Below, piece after piece: positions 26,683 to 36,997 of a stretch of DNA of 64,000 nucleotides. The notes beneath the pieces were generated by a model. That model was not told the DNA's origin. It made no database searches and saw nothing but the letters and a program-made list of their open reading frames with translations. Numbering within the stretch: the first letter of the stretch is position 1; every line of letters begins with the position of its first letter. The DNA is taken from IMG/VR virus record IMGVR_UViG_3300050014_000823, positions 124,001 to 188,000 of that record, one strand, 5' to 3'. A program made the translations under genes and the position numbers.

Positions 26683-26880
26683 TTAGTTTCTTTCCTTTAA
26701 GTCGTCAATCATTTTTTGTAGACTCTTAGAGTCGTTGATATACAACTTAATAAGGTCTTCGATGACACCACCGATTTTCATGCTTTTACCTTTGCAGAGA
26801 ATTTTAAATCTGTTGTGAAGTTCTCCATCGATTATGACAGATTTTGGCTTAGTTTCTTCGTCAATGTACAATTTGCCCAT
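26683..26880 (-). CDS. Small ribbon-helix-helix-like DNA-binding protein
   Basis: KSVIIDGELHNRFKILC...KIGGVIEDLI pattern (beta strand then two helices). Confidence 0.55.
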   Translation of the reverse strand: MGKLYIDEETKPKSVIIDGELHNRFKILCKGKSMKIGGVIEDLIKLYINDSKSLQKMIDDLKERN

Positions 26881-26964
26881 ATATATTATAAATTTAAATT
26901 CGATAATTTATAATAAATACTAAGAAACTATAAAAAAATATAAAAATTTATGATTATTTTGAAA

Positions 26965-27696
26965 TTAAAAATCAATTGCGAATAAAACCGTCCTTGAAAT
27001 TTGACCATTTTTCTCAATCGGGTCGTTGAATTTACCGATAGCTACAAGGTTTCCGTTATCATCATAGATACCAATTTCAGTCATGAAAACTGACTGACCG
27101 CCCCAAGTATTATTGTTTGACGAATTAAATTCACCAAGTGGTAATAATATCGAAAGATTTGTTGTATAGACATCTGCATGTATTTCCGCACCGACATTTC
27201 CTAAGAAGAATGTTTCGTCACCAAAACACAATTCACTGTCTGCAGCTTGTAAATTTGACGGATAGTTTAATCCGTTAATGTTTGTATTCAGACTATATGT
27301 TGGTAGAACACTATAATTGTTTAATGCCACCTTAAATACCTGACCAGTTAATTGCTGTGGTGTTAATGGTGTTCCTGCAGTATGACCACTAATTTGACCA
27401 CTTACGTCAACAATTTTCCACTTAGCAGGGTCTGGTGTAAGATTTGTAGTTGTTAAACCAGTTTGAACCAATGCATAAAGATAATTGGCTGTATAGCCAG
27501 TGCCTGCACTAACACCTGTGTTTAAAAATTTAAAATCGTTTATCTCAGGAAATATTATACGAACTTCTTCAATGTCGAGTACTTCGGTACTCACTTTTAC
27601 TGGATGAATATAATTACAATGCACTGCAGGACTATAACCGCCTGCAACAACTGTTGGTTTTAAAAGATATGTGACAAAAATCGTATAATCAGTCAT
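26965..27696 (-). CDS. Tail/baseplate structural protein
   Basis: C-terminal TEIGIYDDNGNLVAIGKF..PIEK resembles tail-fibre attachment domains; late motif at 27710-27718. Confidence 0.6.
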   Translation of the reverse strand: MTDYTIFVTYLLKPTVVAGGYSPAVHCNYIHPVKVSTEVLDIEEVRIIFPEINDFKFLNTGVSAGTGYTANYLYALVQTGLTTTNLTPDPAKWKIVDVSGQISGHTAGTPLTPQQLTGQVFKVALNNYSVLPTYSLNTNINGLNYPSNLQAADSELCFGDETFFLGNVGAEIHADVYTTNLSILLPLGEFNSSNNNTWGGQSVFMTEIGIYDDNGNLVAIGKFNDPIEKNGQISRTVLFAIDF

Positions 27697-27721
27697 ACTG
27701 TGTTTTTACTATAAATACTCA

Positions 27722-29701
27722 TTATTCGAAAATTGCAGAGGCACAATTCTTACATATTGTCTGATATGCTAATTCAATTTTATTCTGATGTTCTTCACTT
27801 CCCCAAAAATCCCGTAATTCCTGTGTCTTAAAACTACCAAACTTAAATTCGAACTTATAATCGTTACAACAAAGAAATGCATCGCCTGCAGCATTAATAT
27901 GTATCCAGCCAATTGGTCTTCCACCAACTTCCCGACCATTACCACAACCAATTACCTTTCTGTTTAAATCGCCCTTCATCATGTATGCCTCAATTGCCCA
28001 TTTATTTGACATGACATTATCCAATAGACCTGCTCTGTCAATTAATGAAGGTACACTGAAAATCTGTAAGCCAGGAAATAGTTGCCTTGCAAGTCTTTCT
28101 TGTGTTGCTAATTCTCCGTTTATTAGGTCTAAGTCAATATCTTGAGGAAAATCCGGACCTTTAGTTAGCCAACCACCGTCTGCAACAAACGATTGTTTAT
28201 TAACACCATTTACTTGTATTGAGAATGATTTATCCTGTACTTTTTCTGGCAACATTTCCATTGCATGCCTGATATTTGCAATAAGTTTATCGAATAATTC
28301 TATGTCGAAACCTGTTCTTTTATTCCATGTCACTGCATCGAATGCGGGAATGTTAAGACAGATACCATTTACTACATGTTTATATTTTCTTATCAAATCA
28401 ATCTTCTCAGGCGTTAATGCTACTCCATTTGACAATATCATTGAGCACATGCCATATTTATCACAGATTTCCAAGAATTCTTTATAGTGAGGATAAAGCA
28501 GAATTTCGTTATAGTGAGCACTATAAAACCCGCCAAAGTTCTTAGCTACAAGTCCATCTGGTTTATTTCTTTCGTCAACCATATTCTTAATAATCTTCTC
28601 AAGCAATTCTGGACTCATTATTTCACGTCCTTCCAAAGGATTTCCAATATATTTCACCGGACAATACCAGCACTTTGAATTACAGAAACCAAAGGGGTCT
28701 AACTGCATTTGGGTTATTTTGAATTTATCAAGTATTGTATTTTTCTTCATGGTAAAAGTATTCCCAGAAATCAGACAAGATTTTTTTGCTGTTTTACAAA
28801 CTTCTTGCCAGTAAAAATATGATGCATATTTTGGAGATACTGAAAGGTCTTTTCCATATGGATATTCGTTCATGAAATTTGACTTGAAAAACTTATCGCT
28901 TTTAGTATCATCGGTTACGCCTGCATTATGAAGTATCGTATACTTTTCAACGTCATCATAGCCGTTTGTTACCCAACCAAAGTCCATTCTCTTATCAACA
29001 AGAGTTTCATGACCAAAATACCAGCCATTCCATAAAAAACTCCACATACCTGCGGTCCATTTCTGTATGGCATAGTCATATTCGTTCTTTTTAATGTGCA
29101 GATGTTCTATACTACAAAAATATTCATATAGTTTTGCACTGTCCTTTTCAACCTTATCCCAGAACTCAAAATTTGTGCCTTTCACAATATATTGAGCACC
29201 ACCCGAATTACTGTTCATGAGTTTAGGAATCAACTTGTCGATACCAACAATTTCACACATTTTTTCATATATGTGATTTCCTTTACATTGAATATAGTCG
29301 TAGTTTATGTAGAATCTCGTATCACTAATATACCAAGTGTCATTGTTCATCATTTCTTCGAAGTTCGGCTTTTTAGTAAACACAATATCAGCATCATGCA
29401 AGAATAGTACATCACCATGAATTTCAGGATGTGCCTGCATATGTTGCTTCATCATGTTAAAATAAATTGAGGGAATATAGACTTTATTCTCTCTTGTATC
29501 GTTGTAAAAGAAAAACCTCACAGGATACGTATTGACGAGTTTTTTAAATTCTTCAGGGATTACGTCATTCTCAATTGCACAGAGAATGTCCATTTGATTA
29601 GGGTCAACGCCTTTCTCTATAAAATTGTTAATTAGTACTTCGATTTGCCAAGCATAATATTTAATGGCTGGCTGTGCACAAATATATCTTAGTTGTTTCA
29701 T
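27722..29701 (-). CDS. Fusion of a GT-A glycosyltransferase (HPAT/SERGT-like) and a radical SAM/SPASM domain (start likely MKQLR)
   Basis: N-terminal YYAWQ, HDADIVF (DxD) and LHNAG; C-terminal CNSKCWYC (CxxxCxxC) and a SPASM-like C...CCNDY...CKNC; TATCTTTG element at 29706-29713. Confidence 0.75.
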   Translation of the reverse strand: MKQLRYICAQPAIKYYAWQIEVLINNFIEKGVDPNQMDILCAIENDVIPEEFKKLVNTYPVRFFFYNDTRENKVYIPSIYFNMMKQHMQAHPEIHGDVLFLHDADIVFTKKPNFEEMMNNDTWYISDTRFYINYDYIQCKGNHIYEKMCEIVGIDKLIPKLMNSNSGGAQYIVKGTNFEFWDKVEKDSAKLYEYFCSIEHLHIKKNEYDYAIQKWTAGMWSFLWNGWYFGHETLVDKRMDFGWVTNGYDDVEKYTILHNAGVTDDTKSDKFFKSNFMNEYPYGKDLSVSPKYASYFYWQEVCKTAKKSCLISGNTFTMKKNTILDKFKITQMQLDPFGFCNSKCWYCPVKYIGNPLEGREIMSPELLEKIIKNMVDERNKPDGLVAKNFGGFYSAHYNEILLYPHYKEFLEICDKYGMCSMILSNGVALTPEKIDLIRKYKHVVNGICLNIPAFDAVTWNKRTGFDIELFDKLIANIRHAMEMLPEKVQDKSFSIQVNGVNKQSFVADGGWLTKGPDFPQDIDLDLINGELATQERLARQLFPGLQIFSVPSLIDRAGLLDNVMSNKWAIEAYMMKGDLNRKVIGCGNGREVGGRPIGWIHINAAGDAFLCCNDYKFEFKFGSFKTQELRDFWGSEEHQNKIELAYQTICKNCASAIFE

Positions 29702-29722
29702 ATTACAAAGATACAATTATTT

Positions 29723-32263
29723 TTAATATACGCAACCACATACAACAACATACGAAGAACTGCTATCATATGAAAAACATTGTGTACACCAACTGGTTCC
29801 AGTTCCACCTATATTAATATATGTATTAATACCTGTATGTCCTTGAGGACCACTTTGATACAAAAGAATGTTATCGTACTTCACATAATAACAACCTGTT
29901 GCAGGATTTACTGTGCAAGATTTTGAACTTGCAATTGGTGGAACACCTAATGTATAAACAACACTATCGTTAGAACACATTAAGCACATTGCACCACCAA
30001 CACAATAACCTAAAACATCTGTACACGTATTAATGGTCAAGGATGGTGGTAGTGTTGTAGTGGTTGTTGTCGTAGTTGTGGTAGTAGGTGGTGTTTCTGG
30101 AACACAATTAGTAACACAATCACCATAGCACTCAGTTACACCAACACTCCAACCGTCATTGGTATGTAATACGAATTCACTATATGAACCCGCATCACCA
30201 CCGACCCAGTTTGTCCAACCAATTACATCACCATGATTAACAGGCTGTAATAATCCACCCGTATGACATGTAAATTGGTCTGAACATATTGTACATATTA
30301 TGTTTGTATTACAAGTAAATTGGATACAAGAATATGCAAGTCCCGGATTTGTTGTTGATAGGTTTGCGGTGAACTGTAAGCCAAGTGAATTTCCCGGTGC
30401 TAATACTGGTGACAAGTTAATATATCCAAATTGATTGTTTGCACTACCGCCTTGACATTGAACACATAAATATGTTGGTGTTAATGGTGGTGCAGTAGTT
30501 GTACTTGTAGTTGTTGTCGTAGTAGTTGTACTTGTTGTTGTACTCGTTGTTGTACTTGTAGTGGTCGGCAACGTAGTTGTACTTGTCGTAGTTGTACTTG
30601 TCGTAGTCGGCAACGTAGTTGTACTTGTCGTAGTTGTACTTGTCGTAGTCGGTGCAGCCGGTGTAGTAATTGAGAATCTATTACTTGATGAAACAGTATC
30701 AGTACCATTCCAAGTAGCATATGCCATGTAATTATACAAAGTACTTGGGGCTAATCCATTAATTGCCGTACTGAAATGATTAACACCTGCAGGAAGTGTA
30801 GTTCCCACAACCAATTTACTCCAAACACTATCTACGGCTTTCTTATAGTACATACCGTGTTCAGTAACAAGTTCTGGTGAGGTTATTTGAGCACCACCTG
30901 TACCTGCAATACTACCTGGAAATCCTTCGATTGTCAACAATGAAAATCCTGCTTCTCCAACATAACCACCACCACCTAAAGTTGCGATGTAGTCTGGATA
31001 AGTCCAACTTCTGTTTGATTTGTATGACAAAGCAAAAAGTAATTCTTGGTCTTCGATAACAAATATTTTTAAATCGGTGAAACACTTACCAACAGGATTG
31101 CCATATGGGTCGGCTAAGACATAATATTCTAAGTTTAGAGATTTTGTCAAACCTGTTAAAAGTAATGGTGCACCAGTTGCTTTTAATTTCAATCCAAGCG
31201 TTTTTCCTGATGACTTATGCCACATAATTGTTGGAATATTCAACTCAGGAGTCTTTAAATAAAATCCTTCTCCATATACATTAGCGGGTGAAGGGTTGGT
31301 ATAGTGAATTATACCTAATTTCTTATAAAGTGGTGCTTGATTTTGTATATACGAAACAAATCCACCAAATATTTTACTGTTGTATTTTGTGAAAGTTCTA
31401 TTATTACCTGTGAGTCCTGCAATATTATCGGTAAAAACAATTGACATGTTCCAAAATGGAAAAGCTGCAGTATCACACTGACTATTTGTTAAAAATGACA
31501 ATACACTTTCCTCAACATATTGAGTAGAATATTGATTTAAGATTGTGTCTCCGGTTAAATTCAATACGTTTGCATAAATCATTGCACCTGCTAAACCAGT
31601 TGGAGTATAACCACTGAAGTTCGGTAATTCTCTGTCAACAACAACAGTTAAATTGTTATTTGCTAATGTACCTGTCTTACTTACAACTTGATACATCAAA
31701 TACGGTGTAGGTCTTGCTATATTTATTAAGTACGGTGTTGTGTCGCCATTTAAGGTCCACTTAACCAATACAAAGTCACCAATTGCTGGTTCTTGACCAC
31801 TTGCACCATAAGTCGGAGATTTGCGTAACTGCAAACTGTTTCCACCTGTAACGGTGTTCATATAAACCATTGCATCGGGTTGTTTACAGTGATTGCTGTC
31901 ATTTAAAAATGTTGTAGCACCACTATTAAAAAATCCTACGGGTTCTATTGGGTTTGTTACCAAATATGCAGAAGTTGGTACGCTTGGAATCACATTGTAC
32001 GGATTTCCACTAATATTTCTTGGAATAAATGACAATAAACTTGGGTTAGCATCTGCAGCTCTTAATATTCTGGCATAGTATGGACTTGCTGTTGGGTCAC
32101 TTGGATTATCAAGTAATACTTGACTGTTGAAAACATAATCCATTTCGCTGTCACCGATAGCAAAAGATTTAAAATTCAAATTACCCGTAGATAGTAATTC
32201 TCTACCACATGAAGTCAATTTAATGTTCAATACCACAGGGTCTTTTTTCTCAATGAATGCCAT
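29723..32263 (-). CDS. Tail/baseplate structural protein with FN3-like domain, Thr stalks and Cys-rich modules
   Basis: N-terminal FAIGDSEMDY; GLAPSTLYNYMAYA FN3-like segment; long Thr tract; late motif at 32280-32288. Confidence 0.65.
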   Translation of the reverse strand: MAFIEKKDPVVLNIKLTSCGRELLSTGNLNFKSFAIGDSEMDYVFNSQVLLDNPSDPTASPYYARILRAADANPSLLSFIPRNISGNPYNVIPSVPTSAYLVTNPIEPVGFFNSGATTFLNDSNHCKQPDAMVYMNTVTGGNSLQLRKSPTYGASGQEPAIGDFVLVKWTLNGDTTPYLINIARPTPYLMYQVVSKTGTLANNNLTVVVDRELPNFSGYTPTGLAGAMIYANVLNLTGDTILNQYSTQYVEESVLSFLTNSQCDTAAFPFWNMSIVFTDNIAGLTGNNRTFTKYNSKIFGGFVSYIQNQAPLYKKLGIIHYTNPSPANVYGEGFYLKTPELNIPTIMWHKSSGKTLGLKLKATGAPLLLTGLTKSLNLEYYVLADPYGNPVGKCFTDLKIFVIEDQELLFALSYKSNRSWTYPDYIATLGGGGYVGEAGFSLLTIEGFPGSIAGTGGAQITSPELVTEHGMYYKKAVDSVWSKLVVGTTLPAGVNHFSTAINGLAPSTLYNYMAYATWNGTDTVSSSNRFSITTPAAPTTTSTTTTSTTTLPTTTSTTTTSTTTLPTTTSTTTSTTTSTTTTTTTTSTTTAPPLTPTYLCVQCQGGSANNQFGYINLSPVLAPGNSLGLQFTANLSTTNPGLAYSCIQFTCNTNIICTICSDQFTCHTGGLLQPVNHGDVIGWTNWVGGDAGSYSEFVLHTNDGWSVGVTECYGDCVTNCVPETPPTTTTTTTTTTTLPPSLTINTCTDVLGYCVGGAMCLMCSNDSVVYTLGVPPIASSKSCTVNPATGCYYVKYDNILLYQSGPQGHTGINTYINIGGTGTSWCTQCFSYDSSSSYVVVCGCVY
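30564..30652 (-). repeat. Perfect 42-bp tandem duplication inside the Thr stalk
   Basis: gtcggcaacgtagttgtacttgtcgtagttgtacttgtcgta at 30564-30605 and 30606-30647. Confidence 0.9.
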
Positions 32264-32296
32264 TTTATATGAATTTAATTATAAATACTAATATTT

Positions 32297-35200
32297 TTAA
32301 ATACTACAATCTAAAGTTGGCGTAAAATCTGTACCACTACCTTGAAGTCTATTATTGCACTTAATTGTTACTCCACCAATGTTTGCGACTACTGAAATTA
32401 TTTCTACCCAGAATCCACCATCAGACGAATCACTGAAACCAGTGCTCCAAGACCAATTTCCTCTAAATCTAATCTTAGCAATATCTGTTGCAGCTACTGT
32501 TACTGTTGTTGTTCCCGTTGCTTCTGCATAGCCTCCACTCTGTGGTGGATTTACATCACATGATACAGCATCTATCATACCAAAATTAACACCATCTGTA
32601 CTCATTTCGAATTGTGCTTGTGATTGATTATAACCACCAGAATATTCGTTACCACAAGTAGCAGAAACAAAATATTTAAATGTTATTGTAAATGTTTGAG
32701 TAGTTGCATTATCGGCAGCCATTATACCTGACTGTTGTATGTTATTAACTGAACCAAAATAAACTTGTGGTGTTGCAGGTGTAATAAATGACACTTCATT
32801 ACCATAAGAAGTTCCAACGGCACTTGTCGCATATGCTCTAACATAGTATGTTGTATTTGGTGCTAAACCAGTCATACTACTAACAAATGCACCTGTTCCA
32901 CTACCATCTACAGTATGTGAACCAGCAATTGTCGGACCACTTGATACACCCCAAGCAATACCACGTGCAGTCACAGGTTGAGTACCTGCATCAGTGACAT
33001 TACCACCGCCAGTTGCTGTTGTTTGTGCGATTGATGTTATTGTATTCGTTGTAACGGTTGGTGCTACTGGTGTTATCTGTGCTGTCGCTAATGTCAGAAC
33101 ATTTCCATAGTATTCAACACCACCAATAACCATATATGAACGATATTCATATGTTGTATTGGCAACTAAACCATTAATAATATAACTATAAGTACTGCCA
33201 ATTATTGGACCTGCAACTAATGGTGTGGTTGACCATGCGCCAGATATTCTGAATTGCATACCATACCAATTGGCTGAATTACCACCAATTACATTAATAC
33301 CACCTGTTGAAATTGTTGTTTGTGTTGAAGTACCTGCAAGTGTTTCAAGACTTGGAACAATCGGAACTGCAAGTGTTGTTGCTTGCAATGTTGCACCCGA
33401 TGCCGAATATATTCCAGATTGTATATATGCAAAATAATAATATAATGTATTTGGAGTTAATGGCGATGGCGATGCCGACATAGTATAACTATTCGTAATA
33501 GGTGCACCCAATTCAAATACTTTTTGCCAAGGACCTGTTGGTGATGTACTGTATTTCACGCCATATTCGGTAATCGTATTAAGACCAGTACTTATACTGA
33601 TATTATTACCACCAAAATTATTAATGCTTCCGATTCCCGGACTACCTGCTGTTGTTTCAACAAATAGTGTTGGGTCAACTGGTGGCGGTGGAGCATTGAT
33701 TTCTTGATTTATTAAGAATGTACTGCCATCATCACCCAAATAATGTACCATTGGCATACCTCTCATGTCCATAGTCGTTGAATTACCCGAATATAAATTT
33801 ACACCCCTTCTGTACATGAATTTTTGCTTGGTGAAGACCGTATTTCTTACAAGTAATCCACCCTGTTTCAATATTATTGTTGCTGATAGTAATTCGTCAA
33901 CAAATCTCTGAAAAAACGCATTATATTTACTTAAGAACGGATAAAGATTTTCAAAAGTATAACCATTAGAATGTAACGGGTCGTTATAAGGCAACTGACC
34001 TCTGATAAGATACTGAATATAAACATTTAAAAGTGTTGGATACCAACCACCTTTGAAGTCCGAAATAGTCTTACGAGTTTTTGCGTTTATAAGTCTTCTC
34101 TGAATTAATTCAATAAATTCCAAGAAAGAAAGTTTACTTATGTCGCCAACACCAAAACTATCGTGAACAATTGGCGTGAAATATGCACTGCCACCAACAA
34201 GATAATATACGCTAATAACCGAACCATAGTTGATACCTCTTGGTAAAAAGATTTCAAATAGATTCATAGGATTAATGTCATAGTCCATTCCTGGCTCTAA
34301 AGCGATACCATCGACAAGTACTTTAACATCTGAGGCACTATTTGCCTTGTAGTTCATTTTATAAACATACTTGTTAGCTGAAACGTTGAAATATATTTTA
34401 CTTGTGTTAAAACTATCAACCCTCTGTACTTCACTACGTGCATTAATGTCGTTACTACCACTAACTTCCAAATATGCAACAACAACACTTTGGTTTTGTA
34501 TTGATGCAAGATATGCAATTACTTCGGGGTTCTGAATAATAATATTATTTAGACCACCAACAGAATTAGCGGGGTCAACAATATAATCGGCAACAAATTG
34601 TGGTGTACCCTTTGTCATTGCAATACCATTCATCGTCACCTGTACATCACCACGTGGATAACCCGGTAATGGAATATATGTGCCAAGTTGTGTCAATGTT
34701 GGTTTAATTCTCGCAACAATATATTGAACGGTAATACCTGTAACTGGGTGTGTGCCACCAGAATAAACAAACGTTGCTTGTATTACGTCTCTTTGATTTC
34801 CTTGATTTATTGCACTTCCTCTAACTAAATAAATTTTATTAGTAATCTTACTATATGTATAATCATATGCGGGTACAGGCACATCAAATGGCGGTGTTGG
34901 TGCGTCATGTATTCCAGTCTCATCGTAATATTTATTTGGTGTTAATAAAATACCGTTATAACGAACCTCTAAATATCCCCCAACCTTATTTGCATTAAAC
35001 GGTAAAGTAAATTCGGTTTGTCCGCTTAATGCTGTTCCAGTTACTGGTAACGATATGTTCACGTAAGAGAATGGCAATGTATATCCACTTGAATTGGCTG
35101 CAAAGTCTTTCTCAATGTAAGTATAAACATCATATTCAATACCACGTGCAGTATCAAGTGCAACGTCAACTTCTTTGGTATTTAAAACTAATTTGCTGTC

Positions 35201-36907
35201 GGCTTGATTGTATTGTGGTGTACTATAATGAATTCTTGTTGTTGCACCTGTTTGTATCCATGACTTTTTATTGTCAACGGTTCGCATAAGATTAAATCCG
35301 GCTTGACGAAAATTATCCATGTATGCTTGACCACTATCAGTATCACCGCTAATCTGAAAATAAAATGCAGGTGATTCTAATGGTGCTACAGGATATCCAC
35401 TATTGTCATATGGTAGAGAATTATTCGGAAAATCTGCCTGTGTTAGTGGTACTGTATTCGGATTAATCTTACCTTGTACAGTATAAACGTATTCAGTTAT
35501 ATTAATAAAGGGTTCTGGAATACCAATAAGTAAGAATATTGATTTAATTGCTTGTCTTGTACCTTTAGACTTCCAAAGATAATTGGTGTTTATTAGAATC
35601 CTTCTCCAAAGTTCTATGTTTACTTCGGCAGGCATTAAGTCTGTGCCTAAAACTCTTTCGGTGCTGTCAATGCTTAAAAAATTATCAACAAGTTCGCCTT
35701 CGTTGACCAACGTGAAATAATCCCAACCAAATGTTCTTGCTAAGTTGCTCACTAATTGGTCGGGTATATTATTTAATTTATCGTATGTGACTGTGTTTAT
35801 ATTAACCAAAGAGTCAATAAATTTTCTTAATTGGTCAAATTCCCAACCATAAACTCTCAAAAGTTTAGTCATCTTACCGTCTTCAGTAAGGTCATAAGTC
35901 TTAATTGAGGCGGGTGTTAAGAATCTTGCAATTAAGTCGGTCTTAACTGCATCGTACTTAGCACCAATTGCCAACATAGATGTTAAAAACTTCTGATATG
36001 GAGTAGTACTAATATCTATATTATATCCGTCTGTTGTGGTCCACAACATTGAAGTTGTACTATATACAACACTACCGTCATCAAGTAGTGATGGTTCATT
36101 TATTGTAAACTGAAAACCGCTTGTAAATTGTCTTTGTGAAACAATATATTGCTCATAACTTGTCAGTAATGCTCTGAATTCCTCAAAAACAAAATTATTT
36201 GGCTTGATATGAAAGTCAAGTTTATTGGTCATACCAGTATTGAACAGGAATGGGTTGCCTTGAGTTTTCACCCAAACATATGGTATGCCCGATGTATCGC
36301 CAGTAAAACCAATTAGTGGATATGCATTATTCGGGTCATATTTTGACCAAATTACATATTTCTCATAAGATAAGTTTAAGTTTCTGATTACCATGTCATT
36401 TGGTTGACTTAAATTACCCATATTAAAGACTAATCCGAATGTATTTGCAATACATGCTGAAGGAATCTGGATTAATGACTCGTCAGTAATAACATTGTAG
36501 TTAAAATTAAGAATAGTTGGATTACCACCAAGAATTATATTTGAATTACAATAAAGACTTCCCGGATATTTTAAAATAATTTCCTGTATTGTAACTCTGA
36601 AGAATTCATATGTGCTACCAAATCTAACAAACGTATTAAGGTTGGATTTATCAAGATTTAGCACTGCGTTTACTTGATATTGATGCAATACTGCAGATTG
36701 TACGTCAGTAACACCAAGAGTTTCCAGTGTAACAGGACGCACAAAAGAATCTAAGGTGTTTGTGTAGTCAATTGGTATTCTACCACTAAAGTTAGAGGTA
36801 ACAGAAAACGTACCAAACTGGAAAATGGTTTCTGATGCCGTGTTATTAAAATTTGTACCGTTTAAATTTTGGTCAAGACCTGTACCTACTACTTTTACTT
36901 TTGCCAC
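32297..36907 (-). CDS. Large baseplate/tail protein with C-terminal FN3-like repeats
   Basis: LWKSKGTRQAI (baseplate wedge-like), three FN3-like units (TxYYVRAYA..VGTSYG); GTG start; late motif at 36924-36932. Confidence 0.65.
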   Translation of the reverse strand: MAKVKVVGTGLDQNLNGTNFNNTASETIFQFGTFSVTSNFSGRIPIDYTNTLDSFVRPVTLETLGVTDVQSAVLHQYQVNAVLNLDKSNLNTFVRFGSTYEFFRVTIQEIILKYPGSLYCNSNIILGGNPTILNFNYNVITDESLIQIPSACIANTFGLVFNMGNLSQPNDMVIRNLNLSYEKYVIWSKYDPNNAYPLIGFTGDTSGIPYVWVKTQGNPFLFNTGMTNKLDFHIKPNNFVFEEFRALLTSYEQYIVSQRQFTSGFQFTINEPSLLDDGSVVYSTTSMLWTTTDGYNIDISTTPYQKFLTSMLAIGAKYDAVKTDLIARFLTPASIKTYDLTEDGKMTKLLRVYGWEFDQLRKFIDSLVNINTVTYDKLNNIPDQLVSNLARTFGWDYFTLVNEGELVDNFLSIDSTERVLGTDLMPAEVNIELWRRILINTNYLWKSKGTRQAIKSIFLLIGIPEPFINITEYVYTVQGKINPNTVPLTQADFPNNSLPYDNSGYPVAPLESPAFYFQISGDTDSGQAYMDNFRQAGFNLMRTVDNKKSWIQTGATTRIHYSTPQYNQADSKLVLNTKEVDVALDTARGIEYDVYTYIEKDFAANSSGYTLPFSYVNISLPVTGTALSGQTEFTLPFNANKVGGYLEVRYNGILLTPNKYYDETGIHDAPTPPFDVPVPAYDYTYSKITNKIYLVRGSAINQGNQRDVIQATFVYSGGTHPVTGITVQYIVARIKPTLTQLGTYIPLPGYPRGDVQVTMNGIAMTKGTPQFVADYIVDPANSVGGLNNIIIQNPEVIAYLASIQNQSVVVAYLEVSGSNDINARSEVQRVDSFNTSKIYFNVSANKYVYKMNYKANSASDVKVLVDGIALEPGMDYDINPMNLFEIFLPRGINYGSVISVYYLVGGSAYFTPIVHDSFGVGDISKLSFLEFIELIQRRLINAKTRKTISDFKGGWYPTLLNVYIQYLIRGQLPYNDPLHSNGYTFENLYPFLSKYNAFFQRFVDELLSATIILKQGGLLVRNTVFTKQKFMYRRGVNLYSGNSTTMDMRGMPMVHYLGDDGSTFLINQEINAPPPPVDPTLFVETTAGSPGIGSINNFGGNNISISTGLNTITEYGVKYSTSPTGPWQKVFELGAPITNSYTMSASPSPLTPNTLYYYFAYIQSGIYSASGATLQATTLAVPIVPSLETLAGTSTQTTISTGGINVIGGNSANWYGMQFRISGAWSTTPLVAGPIIGSTYSYIINGLVANTTYEYRSYMVIGGVEYYGNVLTLATAQITPVAPTVTTNTITSIAQTTATGGGNVTDAGTQPVTARGIAWGVSSGPTIAGSHTVDGSGTGAFVSSMTGLAPNTTYYVRAYATSAVGTSYGNEVSFITPATPQVYFGSVNNIQQSGIMAADNATTQTFTITFKYFVSATCGNEYSGGYNQSQAQFEMSTDGVNFGMIDAVSCDVNPPQSGGYAEATGTTTVTVAATDIAKIRFRGNWSWSTGFSDSSDGGFWVEIISVVANIGGVTIKCNNRLQGSGTDFTPTLDCSI

Positions 36908-36938
36908 AATCTTTACATTTTACTATAAATACGATAAT

Positions 36939-36971
36939 AAAAAAAATCCCAATTGTTTACATCGGGATTTT
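36939..36971 (-). terminator. Rho-independent terminator
   Basis: Stem AAAATCCC/GGGATTTT with a T-run. Confidence 0.65.
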
Positions 36972-36997
36972 CTCGTTAATTTCTGTTGTTTGTACTA

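Noticed and set aside
24150-26960. AAATCTATAAAAA-like motifs (about 24162 and 26922) as MITE remnants of the TnpB element
   Set aside because: Single low-complexity matches without a paired end or GG junction, so chance or local operator sites cannot be excluded.
30490-30655. CRISPR array or intergenic microsatellite
   Set aside because: The repeats are in-frame Thr codons inside a structural gene with no unique spacers; no cas genes apart from TnpB.
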